The notes: a model not told the origin generated them from the letters alone. Counted from the first letter of the stretch, positions 22,375-31,187 are shown. The stretch: 32,000 bases of DNA from Candidatus Methylomirabilis limnetica (GCF_003044035.1 NZ_NVQC01000016.1:30001-62000), one strand, 5' to 3'. Program-made: numbers and translations.

Positions 22375-23865
22375 TCAGGTGGCCTCGGAATCGGGAGGGG
22401 CGATTGGGAGCGTGAAGCGGACTGTGGTCCCTTGGTTTAATTGGCTTTCGATGGCTAGCTCACCGCCGTGCGCCTTGACCAGGTGCTTCACGATGGCTAG
22501 TCCGAGTCCGGTCCCGCCCAGATCCCTGGAGCGAGCCCTGTCCACCCGGTAGAACCGCTCTGTGATTCTGGGCAGGTCCTGCGACGGTATTCCGACCCCA
22601 GTGTCTTCCACCGCGATCTCCACAAGCTCACTCACGCTCGCTGTTTCGAGTTTCGAGTTTCGAGTTTTGGGTTCTGAACTCGGGACTCGAAACTCGAAAC
22701 TCGAAACCAGTCTGGCGGTGACCGTCACGGTGCCGCCACTCGGTGTGAACTTGAGGCCATTGTCCAGCAGGTTGATTAGGATTTGCACCAGACGGTCACG
22801 GTCGGCCAGCACAAGCGGCAGGTTGTTTGGCAACACCACCCGCAGGTCGATTCCCAGCTTGTTTGCCTGTAGTCCGTAGATGGCCATACTACTCTCTATC
22901 ACCTCCGCGAGGCTGGTTGGGCACCAGTGGAGCGTGGCCTTCCCTAACTCCAGGTTGGAGAGGTCCAGCAGGTCGTCCAGGAGCCGGCCCAACCGCTCGG
23001 TATGCTTGTGGATTACTTCGAGGAACGGACGGGCATGCTCCCGATCCTCAAGCCCTCCTTCCAAGAGTGTCTCCAGGTACCCCTTGATCGAGGTCAGGGG
23101 GGTTCGCAGTTCATGGGAGACATTGGCCACGAACTCAGTACGAACCATCTCCAGGCGGCGCAACTCGGTCACATCATGCAGCACCAGCATTGCGCCTGAT
23201 GTCCGTTCCCGACCCTTGAGGGCAGAGGCATGCACTTGAAGAACCCGCTGCACTGGGGTAAAGATCTGAAGCTCCTGCTGGGCGAAGGCCCCCTCCTTGA
23301 GCGTGTGATTCAAGAGATCTAGCATCTCCTTGTTACGGATCACTTCGAGAAAGGGCCTGCCGTCCGCCGCTACGGATGGAGCGTTGAGGAGTCGACAGGC
23401 GCTGGCATTGATGAACAGGATGCGGTTCGCTCCATCAACCGCCACCACCCCTTCCACCATGCTATCAAGGATGGCCGCCCCCTTGGCCCGCTCTCCCTCC
23501 AGCTCCGCGAGCCGATCCTCTAACCGTTTAGCCATGAGATTCAGGGCACGTCCCAACTGGCCGATTTCATCGGAGGAGGGCGCGGACATCTTGCAGGAGA
23601 AGTCGCCTTCGGCCATGCGGTAAGCGGCGGTTGTCATCTCCAGGATGGGTTGTGTTACCTGACGGGCGAAGAGGAAGCCCAGAACCGCCGCCGCAGCCAG
23701 AGCAAGCAGGCCCCAGATGACCAGCGTCAGCCAGCTCTCCTTCAGGCGCTCAACTAGGGCGGTATCCGGTGATGTAAGGACGGTGAGACCGACAGCGACG
23801 GCGATGCCTGCCACCAAGAGCAGGTACGTGGCGATAAGCTTTTGTTCAAGCTTGCCTGGGATCAC
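22375..23865 (-). CDS. phoR: Sensor histidine kinase, PhoR-like (2 TM with a very short outer loop, HAMP, PAS, HisKA, HATPase_c)
   Basis: 496 aa. H-box FVANVSHELRTPLTSIKGY, N-box LINLLDNGLKFT, G-boxes EDTGVGIP and GGTGLGLAIVK. It lies directly downstream of an OmpR-family regulator and in the same window as the pst operon and Pho boxes. Confidence 0.75.
   Translation of the reverse strand: MIPGKLEQKLIATYLLLVAGIAVAVGLTVLTSPDTALVERLKESWLTLVIWGLLALAAAAVLGFLFARQVTQPILEMTTAAYRMAEGDFSCKMSAPSSDEIGQLGRALNLMAKRLEDRLAELEGERAKGAAILDSMVEGVVAVDGANRILFINASACRLLNAPSVAADGRPFLEVIRNKEMLDLLNHTLKEGAFAQQELQIFTPVQRVLQVHASALKGRERTSGAMLVLHDVTELRRLEMVRTEFVANVSHELRTPLTSIKGYLETLLEGGLEDREHARPFLEVIHKHTERLGRLLDDLLDLSNLELGKATLHWCPTSLAEVIESSMAIYGLQANKLGIDLRVVLPNNLPLVLADRDRLVQILINLLDNGLKFTPSGGTVTVTARLVSSFEFRVPSSEPKTRNSKLETASVSELVEIAVEDTGVGIPSQDLPRITERFYRVDRARSRDLGGTGLGLAIVKHLVKAHGGELAIESQLNQGTTVRFTLPIAPPDSEAT
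22643..22707. repeat. Palindromic heptamer-repeat element inside the phoR coding sequence
   Basis: gTTTCGAGTTTCGAGTTTCGAGTT (22643-22666), an 18-nt centre, then ACTCGAAACTCGAAACTCGAAAC (22685-22707). That is (TTTCGAG)x3 facing (CTCGAAA)x3. It is translated in frame as SSFEFRVPSSEPKTRNSKLETAS between the N-box and G1-box. Confidence 0.85.
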
Positions 23866-23888
23866 GGGTGCCCTTGCTGCCGCGCCAA

Positions 23889-24572
23889 TCAGGTATCCTG
23901 ATCGAACCGATAGCCGACGTTCTTCACGGTGACGATGCGCGTGGCCTCTGGACCCAGCTTTTCACGGAGGCGCCGGACATGGACATCGACGGTGCGGGAT
24001 TCTATCTCGGAGGCTCGCTCGTATCCCCAGACCCGGGCCAGAAGAAACTCTCGCGTCAGAGCGCGTCCCTTGGCGAGGACCAGGGCTTTTAACAGGTCGA
24101 ACTCCTTGCTTGTTAGCTCCACCGCTCGCTTCCGGATAGAGACAGTGTACCGGCCGAGATCAATCTCCAGGCTACCCACCTTGAAGACCTCCTCCTCCTG
24201 AGTCTCCTCGCTTCTGCGAATCAGGGCCTTGACCCTCGCCACCAGTTCTCTCGGTCCGAACGGCTTGGTGAGATAGTCGTCGCCGCCCAGTTCAAGGCCT
24301 AGAACCTTGTCGGTCTCCTCCGCCTTGGCGGTAAGCATCAGGATCGGTAGACGTGCGGTGTCGGGTTCTTTGCGAAGCCGACGGCAGACATCCAACCCGC
24401 TCAGATGCGGCAGCATCAGATCCAGGACCAGCAGGTGTGGCCGCTCACGCTTGACCAGCTCTAATGCCTGGAGGCCATCATGCGCCTGAAGGACACGAAA
24501 TCCCTCGCGCTCCAGATGGTACGCGACCAGGGCGGTAATGTCTTTTTCATCGTCCACGACCAGGACTTTCAT
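23889..24572 (-). CDS. phoB: OmpR-family response regulator, PhoB-like
   Basis: 227 aa. Receiver domain MKVLVVDDEKDI...LVLDLMLP...LTAK, and a winged-helix output domain ending VGYRF. It is paired with the PhoR-like kinase. Confidence 0.75.
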   Translation of the reverse strand: MKVLVVDDEKDITALVAYHLEREGFRVLQAHDGLQALELVKRERPHLLVLDLMLPHLSGLDVCRRLRKEPDTARLPILMLTAKAEETDKVLGLELGGDDYLTKPFGPRELVARVKALIRRSEETQEEEVFKVGSLEIDLGRYTVSIRKRAVELTSKEFDLLKALVLAKGRALTREFLLARVWGYERASEIESRTVDVHVRRLREKLGPEATRIVTVKNVGYRFDQDT

Positions 24573-24661
24573 GACAGCGTCTCCTGCTGGTCAGGCCGGT
24601 GCAGGCCAATATCCTACGTATAGTGCATCCAATGCTTCTTTACACATTCCGTTCGCCCTGA

Positions 24662-24753
24662 GCTTGTCGAAGGGTGAAGTAGTTCAATGGGTTCCGTCCA
24701 TGGGTTCGACAAGCCTGTGGTGAGCCTGTCGAACTGCTCACCACGAACGGATT
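24662..24753. repeat. REP-like element family C, full copy
   Basis: GCTTGTCGAA (24662-24671) pairs with TTCGACAAGC (24705-24714). GGTGAGC (24719-24725) pairs with GCTCACC (24736-24742). The 3' part cctgtcgaactgctcaccacgaacggatt recurs at 26600-26628. Confidence 0.6.
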
Positions 24754-24892
24754 TAAAGGTGTTTGTGAGACACTGCACTAGCTTGTCTACCTTGGGCAGA
24801 TGATAGCCACCTTCCCGTGGAGCCGCAAGCGCTTTCGTTCGGCTGGGGCAGGGATTGCGCTTGACCTGATGGACGAACCGTAGTAAATATAC

Positions 24893-24916
24893 CGATATGT
24901 TTATACATGCATATCG
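24893..24916. promoter_or_regulatory. Candidate ModE-type operator overlapping the modE-like gene's promoter region
   Basis: Inverted repeat CGATATG (24893-24899), 10-nt spacer, CATATCG (24910-24916), embedded in AT-rich ATATAC/TTATAC repeats 10 nt before the ATG. E. coli ModE operators are TAT-containing inverted repeats of similar span. Confidence 0.4.
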
Positions 24917-24926
24917 AGGCTGACCG

Positions 24927-25265
24927 ATGCAGCTTGAGCTGAAATCGAAGACTTGGCTGGAGGTTGATGGCAAGTTCATCATCGGGGAGCACGGCATCGC
25001 GCTCCTGGAGGCGATCGATGAACTTGGGTCGATCCAGCAGGCGGCGAGACAGCTCGGGTGGGCCTATCGGCACACTTGGGGGTATCTCAAGAATATGGAG
25101 CGGAACGCCGGCATGCCAATCCTGCTTGTCCGCCGAGGAGGGAAGTCAGGCGGTGGGACACAGCTCACGCCGCAAGGGCGCAAGCTGCTGCGGGACTACA
25201 AGCGATTACAGAAGACGTTGCGGGCAACCATACAACAGAAATCGCGGTTGCTATTCTCGTACTAA
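24927..25265 (+). CDS. modE: ModE N-terminal-domain-only regulator (winged HTH), lacking Mop/TOBE domains
   Basis: 112 aa. GIALLEAIDELGSIQQAARQLGWAYRHTWGYLKNMERNAG.PILLVRRGGKSGGGTQLTPQGRKLL matches the ModE N-terminal HTH module. Confidence 0.75.
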   Translation: MQLELKSKTWLEVDGKFIIGEHGIALLEAIDELGSIQQAARQLGWAYRHTWGYLKNMERNAGMPILLVRRGGKSGGGTQLTPQGRKLLRDYKRLQKTLRATIQQKSRLLFSY

Positions 25266-25271
25266 CACTTT

Positions 25272-25288
25272 ATGCGGCATTGCCGCAT
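25272..25288 (+). terminator. Short hairpin just after the modE-like stop codon (weak terminator candidate)
   Basis: ATGCGGC-att-GCCGCAT. No U-tract follows. Confidence 0.25.
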
Positions 25289-25312
25289 CACGGCCCATAA
25301 AAATACATCTTG

Positions 25313-25428
25313 ACCCCCCATCCTTACCTTCCCCCCCGGATCGAGTCCGAGGCAGGTTCTCATGGGGGGAAGGGACACCTCACGTAGACTCCTCCCCCCT
25401 CGGAGGGGGAGGATACAGGTGGGGGGGA
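25313..25428. repeat. REP-like element family B, copy 1 (G/C-run nested hairpins)
   Basis: CCTTCCCCCC (25328-25337) pairs with GGGGGGAAGG (25364-25373), and TCCTCCCCC-ctcgga-GGGGGAGGA forms a second hairpin. It shares the 3' motif GGGGGA(GA)GGATACAGGTG-R-GGGGG with 31095-31120. Confidence 0.65.
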
Positions 25429-25503
25429 TTTCCAGGGAAGCTACAGGCGCAAAAGTGACAGATATCACCAAGGTGATGTCCGGAGAGGGAGGAGGTGGGG
25501 AGG

Positions 25504-25710
25504 ATGGAAATGAGCGCACGGAATCAATTGCCTGGGACTATTAAGAAGGTCACAGTCGGAGCCGTGATGGCTGAGGTGATCATGCAAGTGGGGGATCAAG
25601 AGCTGGCCGCAGCTATCACCAGCGGCTCGGTCAAGCGAATGAAATTGAAAGTGGGTGATAGGGTCTTCGCCGTCATCAAAGCCACCGAAGTCATGATCGC
25701 CAAGGAGTAG
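25504..25710 (+). CDS. mop: Stand-alone molbindin (Mop/TOBE domain, molybdate/tungstate-binding)
   Basis: MEMSARNQLPGTIKKVTVGAVMAEVIMQVGDQELAAAITSGSVKRMKLKVGDRVFAVIKATEVMIAKE is a canonical single TOBE/Mop domain. A strong GGAGGAGG Shine-Dalgarno sequence lies upstream. Confidence 0.85.
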   Translation: MEMSARNQLPGTIKKVTVGAVMAEVIMQVGDQELAAAITSGSVKRMKLKVGDRVFAVIKATEVMIAKE

Positions 25711-25716
25711 CCGGAG

Positions 25717-26598
25717 ATGATGGGAGTCATGGGTGAGAGATGGCTGAAAAACGCTCGTAAGCGCTTTGTCGTAGGTCTGGCGGCGCTTGGCATTCTGCAG
25801 ATCGCGTTGATCTGTAGCGTCCAGGCCGCAGGCCAGATTGTCATCCTGGCCACCACGACCAGCACGCAGGATTCGGGCCTGCTTGACGTTGTGGTCCCAC
25901 TGTTTGAGAAGCGAACCGGCTATGTGGTAAAAACGATTTCTGTCGGAACCGGTCAGGCGCTTGCCTTGGGCGGTCGGGGTGAAGCCGATGTCGTCCTGGT
26001 TCATGCGCCTGAGGCTGAGAAGAAATACTTAGCCGAGGGGACGCTCGTCAACCGTCGGCTGGTCATGCACAACGATTTCATCGTCGTCGGCCCGAAGGAA
26101 GATCCTGCCCAGATCGGTGGCCTAAAGAAGGCGAGTGATGCGCTCCGTAGGATCGGCGAGACAAAGGCGGCGTTCGTTTCGCGCGGCGACAACTCTGGAA
26201 CGCATCAACTCGAAAGACGCCTCTGGAAGGAGACGGGGTTAGACCCCAATGGCGACTGGTATCTACAATCGGGCCAGGGGATGGGACAGACCCTCGCAAT
26301 CGCGTCAGAGAAGCGGGCCTATACCCTCACCGATCGCGGGACCTACGTGGCCTTGAAAAAGCGGGTCCAGCTTGAGGTTCTGGTGGAGCGGGACAAATCT
26401 CTCCTGAATATCTACTCGGTCATGGAGGTCAATCCTGCCAGGTTTCCCAAGGTGAATGCTGCGGGTGGGAAGGCGTTCGCGGACTTCATGATCTCGGCCG
26501 AGACCCAGGCTGTCATCAAGACGTTCGGCATCGAGAAGTTTGGTGAGCCGCTGTTCTTCCCGGATGCCGGCAAACGCGAGGAAGAACTTGGATCCTGA
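25717..26598 (+). CDS. tupA: Tungstate ABC transporter substrate-binding protein TupA
   Basis: Signal peptide, then IVILATTTSTQDSGLLDVVVPLFEK (the TTTS motif characteristic of TupA), FVSRGDNSGTH and YTLTDRGTY. Confidence 0.8.
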   Translation: MMGVMGERWLKNARKRFVVGLAALGILQIALICSVQAAGQIVILATTTSTQDSGLLDVVVPLFEKRTGYVVKTISVGTGQALALGGRGEADVVLVHAPEAEKKYLAEGTLVNRRLVMHNDFIVVGPKEDPAQIGGLKKASDALRRIGETKAAFVSRGDNSGTHQLERRLWKETGLDPNGDWYLQSGQGMGQTLAIASEKRAYTLTDRGTYVALKKRVQLEVLVERDKSLLNIYSVMEVNPARFPKVNAAGGKAFADFMISAETQAVIKTFGIEKFGEPLFFPDAGKREEELGS

Positions 26599-26599
26599 A

Positions 26600-26628
26600 C
26601 CTGTCTAACTGCTCACCACGAACGGATT
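26600..26628. repeat. REP-like element family C, partial copy (3' half only)
   Basis: cctgtctaactgctcaccacgaacggatt versus cctgtcgaactgctcaccacgaacggatt at 24725-24753. It sits in the tupA-porin gap. Confidence 0.7.
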
Positions 26629-26678
26629 GTAAAGACATTTAAGAGACGCCACACTAACGACACAGAGGGATGAGAAGG

Positions 26679-28193
26679 ATGGTTCAAAAAAGAAGTTGGT
26701 GGATTCGTACAATCGTCGTAGGCAGCGCCTTGCTGCTCGCCCCTGTGGGGGCGTGGGCCGACAAGCTCATGGAGCTCGAGCAGGTATTTGAGACGCAGCA
26801 GAAGTCGCTGCAGCAGTTGCAGCAGGAGATGCACCGCCTGCGGCAAGACCGGACCGCGCAACAGACAGAGATCGACAGGCGCGTGATGGAGGTGGAGAAG
26901 AAGGCCGCAGATGCCGCAGCCTCGTCACTGCTCACCGGGTATGAGCCCGGAAAAGGGTTCTTCCTGAAGTCAGCCGATGGCCAGTTCAATCTGAGCCTGC
27001 GCGGGTACGTCCAGAGTTGGATGCAAGTTGAAGGGGCGCGAGGGGAAGAAGGTTTCCCTGGTGTCGTTGATGGTCAGGATGTGACGGCAGCAGGGCTGGC
27101 ACGGCACGAACCGAGTACATTTCGGATGCGTCGCGCCCGGATCATCGTGAGCGGCAAGATCTTCAACGACTTCAGCTTCTACATCGAGCCGGAGCTTACG
27201 AGCGGCTCCATCGGCACACGCCTCGAAGCTGGCTGGGTCAGCTACACGTACGCCCCGTGGGCAAAGGCTACCTTTGGGCAGTACAAGGCCAGGTTCGGCC
27301 TCGAAATGCTCACCGCCTCTACCGACCTGGACTTCGCCGAGCGGGCAGTCGTTGCCAGGTCGCTCTCCCCGGACTGGCAACTTGGCGCCACCGTCGAGGG
27401 CAATCTGAAACTCGCCACCCTACCTGTCTACTATGGGGTGGGGATCTATAACGGCTGCGGTCGAGTCGATCAGATTGGTTGCGCCATCGACAACGACGGG
27501 AATAAGGAGTTCACCGGTCGAGTGGCCGTGTCCCCCCCGATGCCCTTCGGGACTCTCACCATCGGGCTGAATGCCGATCACCGCACCTTCCGGATCGTGA
27601 GGGGTAACGGCGCGACCGATGCCAACACGGTGACGAGGGTCGTTGGCGGCTTTGAGAACTTCAACCCGGTTGGTCCGACCGGGGTCAGGCTGGCCGGCAA
27701 CGGCGTCGGCGGGACCCAGAACGGCTTCCGGATCAACGGCAACCGAGTCACTGGCGGCGGCGATATCGTGTTCGACTTCTATCCGTTTGTAATCAAGGGG
27801 GAGTACGCCTACGCCTCCCAGGAGCGTGACGAATTGGATGTTGGCGGCACGAATCTCGATAACCTCATCATGCATGGTGGGTATGGGTCGATCGGCTACT
27901 GGATCTTCGGCAATAAGCGCAATGGCCTGTTAGCCAACGGCCGCTACGAGCACCTGCGCGTCGATGATAACGAGGGCGCATTTACTGCGCCTGACTCGGC
28001 CACAAACGAGAGGCCGATGGAGCTGCGCTCTGGAACCCTTGGTCTGACCTGGTACGTCAACCCCAGCGTCAAGCTGCGGGGGAACTACATCATGACCGAC
28101 CTCAGGCCAGGCCGTAATGCCGTCGGCATGAGCAACAGCACACACGGCGAACTCGCGCATCAAGGGATCGCCGAGCTGCTGATCCAATTCTAA
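26679..28193 (+). CDS. Phosphate-selective porin O/P family channel, paralog 2 (mod/tup-linked)
   Basis: Colinear with 12701..14200 over its whole length: same signal peptide type, coiled coil, beta-barrel and C-terminal aromatic LLIQF. The start is ATG 26679 (GAGGGA ~8 nt upstream) or 26670. Confidence 0.8.
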   Translation: MVQKRSWWIRTIVVGSALLLAPVGAWADKLMELEQVFETQQKSLQQLQQEMHRLRQDRTAQQTEIDRRVMEVEKKAADAAASSLLTGYEPGKGFFLKSADGQFNLSLRGYVQSWMQVEGARGEEGFPGVVDGQDVTAAGLARHEPSTFRMRRARIIVSGKIFNDFSFYIEPELTSGSIGTRLEAGWVSYTYAPWAKATFGQYKARFGLEMLTASTDLDFAERAVVARSLSPDWQLGATVEGNLKLATLPVYYGVGIYNGCGRVDQIGCAIDNDGNKEFTGRVAVSPPMPFGTLTIGLNADHRTFRIVRGNGATDANTVTRVVGGFENFNPVGPTGVRLAGNGVGGTQNGFRINGNRVTGGGDIVFDFYPFVIKGEYAYASQERDELDVGGTNLDNLIMHGGYGSIGYWIFGNKRNGLLANGRYEHLRVDDNEGAFTAPDSATNERPMELRSGTLGLTWYVNPSVKLRGNYIMTDLRPGRNAVGMSNSTHGELAHQGIAELLIQF

Positions 28194-28359
28194 TATGCAA
28201 ATTAATGGCAGGCTTCAACCTAAGCTCACCATGGTGCAGTAGCGGGGTCTGTCGCTTCTCATGCGAACCATACATCTGGTGGGCTTCGGCATTCTAAGGC
28301 AAGCGTCGACCTAGGTCTGGATTGCGTTTTGAGGCGTAATCAGCATATACTGAACCAGA

Positions 28360-29196
28360 ATGCTGCGGGGGGATCGAGAGACAATCCGACTGGGGTGGCG
28401 CTTGCGTGATTATGCCACGAAGGGTTGGCTGTTAGGTCTCCTGGTGCTCGGTGCGTGGTTCACCATCGCATCTGCGGCGTCGAAGCGTGAGTTGTTGGTG
28501 TCCGCCGCGATCAGCCTGAAGGAGCCGCTGCAAGAAATTGGCGTACTGTTTGAACAACGCCACCCAGAGGTGAAGGTGGTTTTCAACTGGGGCGCGTCCG
28601 GCGCGTTGCAGCAGCAGATCGAGTATGGCGCGCCAGTCGACGTCTATGCCTCCGCCGCGGCGAAACAGATGGACGAACTCGAGGCCAAGGGCCTTCTCCT
28701 CAATGAAACCCGACGTACACTTGCTGCCAACCTGGTAGTCCTGATCAGATCTTCTGCTCTTCGATCCGATCTTACCTCCTTCAAAGATTTGACCAAACCT
28801 GAAGTCAAGCTGATCGCTATCGGCAATCCGCGGACCGTTCCCGCTGGAGAGTACGCGCAGAGGATCCTGATGAGTCTTGGGTTGTGGGATTCGCTGCAGC
28901 CGAAGCTAATCCTCACCGGGAGTGTTCGCCAGGCCCTGGCCTACGTCGTGAGAGGCGAGGTGGATGCCGCCGTGGTCTATGCCACCGACGCGCAGAGCGC
29001 TGATCGAGCGGTCCAGGTGATCTCCGCCGCGCCCGAGGGGAGTCATCCGCCTGCGCTGTATCCGATCGCCGTGGTCAAGACCTCGAAGCAAAGCCAAGAG
29101 GCCCGGGCCTTCGTCGATCTGGCGCTGAGCGAGGCGGGCCAGCAGATCCTGAGGGCCCATGCGTTCCTGCCACCACCCAAGGCTCTGGCCCGCTGA
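28360..29196 (+). CDS. modA: Molybdate ABC transporter substrate-binding protein ModA
   Basis: LLVSAAISLKEPLQEIGVLFE...VVFNWGASGALQQQIEYGAPVDVYASAA...IAIGNPRTVPAGEYA...YATDA matches ModA signatures. Confidence 0.85.
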   Translation: MLRGDRETIRLGWRLRDYATKGWLLGLLVLGAWFTIASAASKRELLVSAAISLKEPLQEIGVLFEQRHPEVKVVFNWGASGALQQQIEYGAPVDVYASAAAKQMDELEAKGLLLNETRRTLAANLVVLIRSSALRSDLTSFKDLTKPEVKLIAIGNPRTVPAGEYAQRILMSLGLWDSLQPKLILTGSVRQALAYVVRGEVDAAVVYATDAQSADRAVQVISAAPEGSHPPALYPIAVVKTSKQSQEARAFVDLALSEAGQQILRAHAFLPPPKALAR

Positions 29197-29244
29197 AGCG
29201 GACGGTCAGGATGCGAGACCGCCTATCATCGTAAGAGGACAGCC

Positions 29245-29907
29245 ATGACTCTTATCCCACTGTCTCCCCTGCTCCTGTCGTTGAAGATCGCGAGCCTCGC
29301 GACAGTGGCCGCGCTGCTCCTTGGCACCCCGATTGCGTGGATACTGGCGCGAGGCCGTTTTCCAGGCAGGGCAGTCCTGGAAGCGATCGTGGTGGTTCCG
29401 CTGATCTTGCCGCCTACCGTGACCGGCTACTACTTGCTACTGCTGATCGGCCGACGCGGGCTCCTGGGACGTATTCTGGAGGAGGGCCTGAACATCGGCC
29501 TCGTCTTTACGTGGAAGGCCGCCGTCCTCGCCTCGACCATCGCGGCGTTACCGCTGTTCATTAAAGCCGCTCAGGGTGCGTTTGAAGGGATCGACCGCCG
29601 AATCGAAGATGCGGGTCGAACATTCAAGCCTGCCTTGGTCGTGCTGTGCACCATCACTTTTCCCCTGGCGTGGCGGGGCATCTTGGCAGGGGCGATCCTG
29701 GCTTTTGCCAGGGCCATGGGAGAGTTCGGGATTACACTGATGATTGCCGGAAGTATCCCGGGGCGGACCCAGACGCTTGCCCTCGCGATTTACGACTCAG
29801 TCCAGGCAAATCAGCCGCAGGAGGCGAATGCCATGTCGATCCTGGCGACGGCCACCGTGCTGCTGATCCTCGTGCTGGTCGGACGGATGACGAAGGTCAA
29901 ATACTGA
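29245..29907 (+). CDS. modB: Molybdate ABC transporter permease ModB
   Basis: 220 aa and 5-6 TM helices. It has the EAA-type loop AGRTF...ITFPLAWRGILAGAILAFARAMGEFGITLMIAGSIPG. Its stop overlaps the modC start (TGATG). Confidence 0.85.
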   Translation: MTLIPLSPLLLSLKIASLATVAALLLGTPIAWILARGRFPGRAVLEAIVVVPLILPPTVTGYYLLLLIGRRGLLGRILEEGLNIGLVFTWKAAVLASTIAALPLFIKAAQGAFEGIDRRIEDAGRTFKPALVVLCTITFPLAWRGILAGAILAFARAMGEFGITLMIAGSIPGRTQTLALAIYDSVQANQPQEANAMSILATATVLLILVLVGRMTKVKY

Positions 29908-31001
29908 TGCTTGAACTCGCGCTTGACAGACGATTTAAGGGATTCCATCTCCAGACGCATCTTCAGATCGGCGATGAAATCGCCGCTCTGTATGGCCCAT
30001 CCGGTTCGGGCAAGAGTCTCACGCTCCTGGCCATTGCCGGCCTGATCAGACCGACTTCCGGAACGATTCGCATCAACGGTCGGACTGTCTTTGACGCGAA
30101 GGCCGGCATCAATCTTGCGCCGCATCAGCGGCGGGTTGGCCTCGTGTTCCAGGAGTATGCTCTCTTCCCGCATAAGACAGTGTCAGGGAATCTCTCATTT
30201 GGGCTGGCTCGAGGGGTTCCCACACATGAAGCAGCCTCCAGGGTTGACGAGATGCTTCAACTGCTGCGGCTCCAGTCATTCGCACAGCATTATCCGCATC
30301 AGATCTCAGGCGGACAGCGGCAACGCGTGGCCTTGGGGCGTGCCCTGATCGGTCACCCTGAGATCCTACTGCTGGACGAGCCGTTCTCCGCCCTTGATCT
30401 GGCTATCCGAGAGACCCTCCGACAGGAGTTGCTCCAGATGCTGGCTGACTACAAGGGCACGATCCTGCTTGTGACCCATAATCTTCAAGAGGCGTATCTC
30501 ATGGCCTCCACCATCGCCATCATTGACGGCGGCAAGATTCTCCAGATGGGAACTCGAGAAGAGGTACTCCATCAACCACGGACCCGGCGCGTGGCCGAGC
30601 ATACCGGCGCGAAGAACATCTTGCGAGGTGTTGCCTGCCGCGACCCAGACGGCGCCTTGGACATCGTCTGGCGAGGGCATCATCTGCGGGCCGATGGCCC
30701 GGCGCCGTCGGCCCCTGGGGAGGTGGAATGCTGCATCCGACCGGAGGATGTCAGACTGGTATGGCCGGAAAGGCCGGGGCGGCGTGAGAACCTCCTGCGC
30801 GGCCGAATCGTCCACGAACTTGGGCGCGGTCTTGACTTTCTGCTCTTTGTCAGCCTCACCGATGAGAGCGATCGCGGGAAGTATGACCTGGAAATCCAGG
30901 TCCGAAGCCGCCTCCACCACTTGATGGCGCTGCATGTGGGAAAAGAGGTGTGGCTGTCGTTGCCACCAGACCGCTTACACCTGCTCCAGCCTGACGAGTG
31001 A
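29907..31001 (+). CDS. modC: Molybdate ABC transporter ATP-binding protein ModC with a C-terminal TOBE domain
   Basis: MLELALDRRF..., Walker A GPSGSGKS, signature ISGGQRQRVALGRA, Walker B LLLDEPFSALD, and a C-terminal TOBE-like beta domain. The ORF-track start 29646 is an out-of-context extension overlapping modB. Confidence 0.85.
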   Translation: MLELALDRRFKGFHLQTHLQIGDEIAALYGPSGSGKSLTLLAIAGLIRPTSGTIRINGRTVFDAKAGINLAPHQRRVGLVFQEYALFPHKTVSGNLSFGLARGVPTHEAASRVDEMLQLLRLQSFAQHYPHQISGGQRQRVALGRALIGHPEILLLDEPFSALDLAIRETLRQELLQMLADYKGTILLVTHNLQEAYLMASTIAIIDGGKILQMGTREEVLHQPRTRRVAEHTGAKNILRGVACRDPDGALDIVWRGHHLRADGPAPSAPGEVECCIRPEDVRLVWPERPGRRENLLRGRIVHELGRGLDFLLFVSLTDESDRGKYDLEIQVRSRLHHLMALHVGKEVWLSLPPDRLHLLQPDE

Positions 31002-31025
31002 TGGTCGCCAATCATTGGTCCGAAA

Positions 31026-31120
31026 GCTCCCCCTCACCCACGCCCTCTCCCCCAAAGGGGCGAGGGAACTCAAAAAATATCCTCTCCCCCAGGTGGGGGA
31101 GAGGATACAGGTGAGGGGGT
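31026..31120. repeat. REP-like element family B, copy 2
   Basis: Perfect hairpin CCTCTCCCCC (31081-31090) - aggt - GGGGGAGAGG (31095-31104). The outer arms CCCCCTCAC (31029-31037) and GTGAGGGGG (31111-31119) also pair. It lies in the modC-tupB gap. Confidence 0.7.
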
Positions 31121-31187
31121 ATGGGGTGCCGACTTTCATGCTCATGGGCAAGCCTCCGGCGCATGCGGGAATGGTAAAGGAGCAAGG

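Noticed and set aside
24573-24660. Pho box upstream of phoB (autoregulation)
   Set aside because: A TAGGAT -10-like hexamer is present on the minus strand, but the hexamers 9-10 nt upstream (TTGGAT / GTGTAA) do not match the GT[AC]AC repeat or its 11-bp phasing. Too weak to call.
24690-24714. GGGTTCGAC... T-loop-like sequence, considered as a tRNA fragment
   Set aside because: No acceptor, D or anticodon arms can be drawn around it. It is one arm of the family C REP palindrome.
28194-28359. Moco riboswitch upstream of modA (also checked 25266-25503 upstream of mop/tupA)
   Set aside because: I could not find the conserved Moco-motif core elements. The structured sequence at 25313-25428 is explained by the family B REP element. 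A covariance-model scan would be needed to exclude it formally.
29646-29906. N-terminal 87-aa extension of the modC ORF given in the ORF track
   Set aside because: The extension overlaps the modB coding sequence in another frame and is Gly/Arg/Pro-rich. The ABC ATPase homology starts at MLELALDRRF (ATG 29907), which overlaps the modB stop as TGATG.
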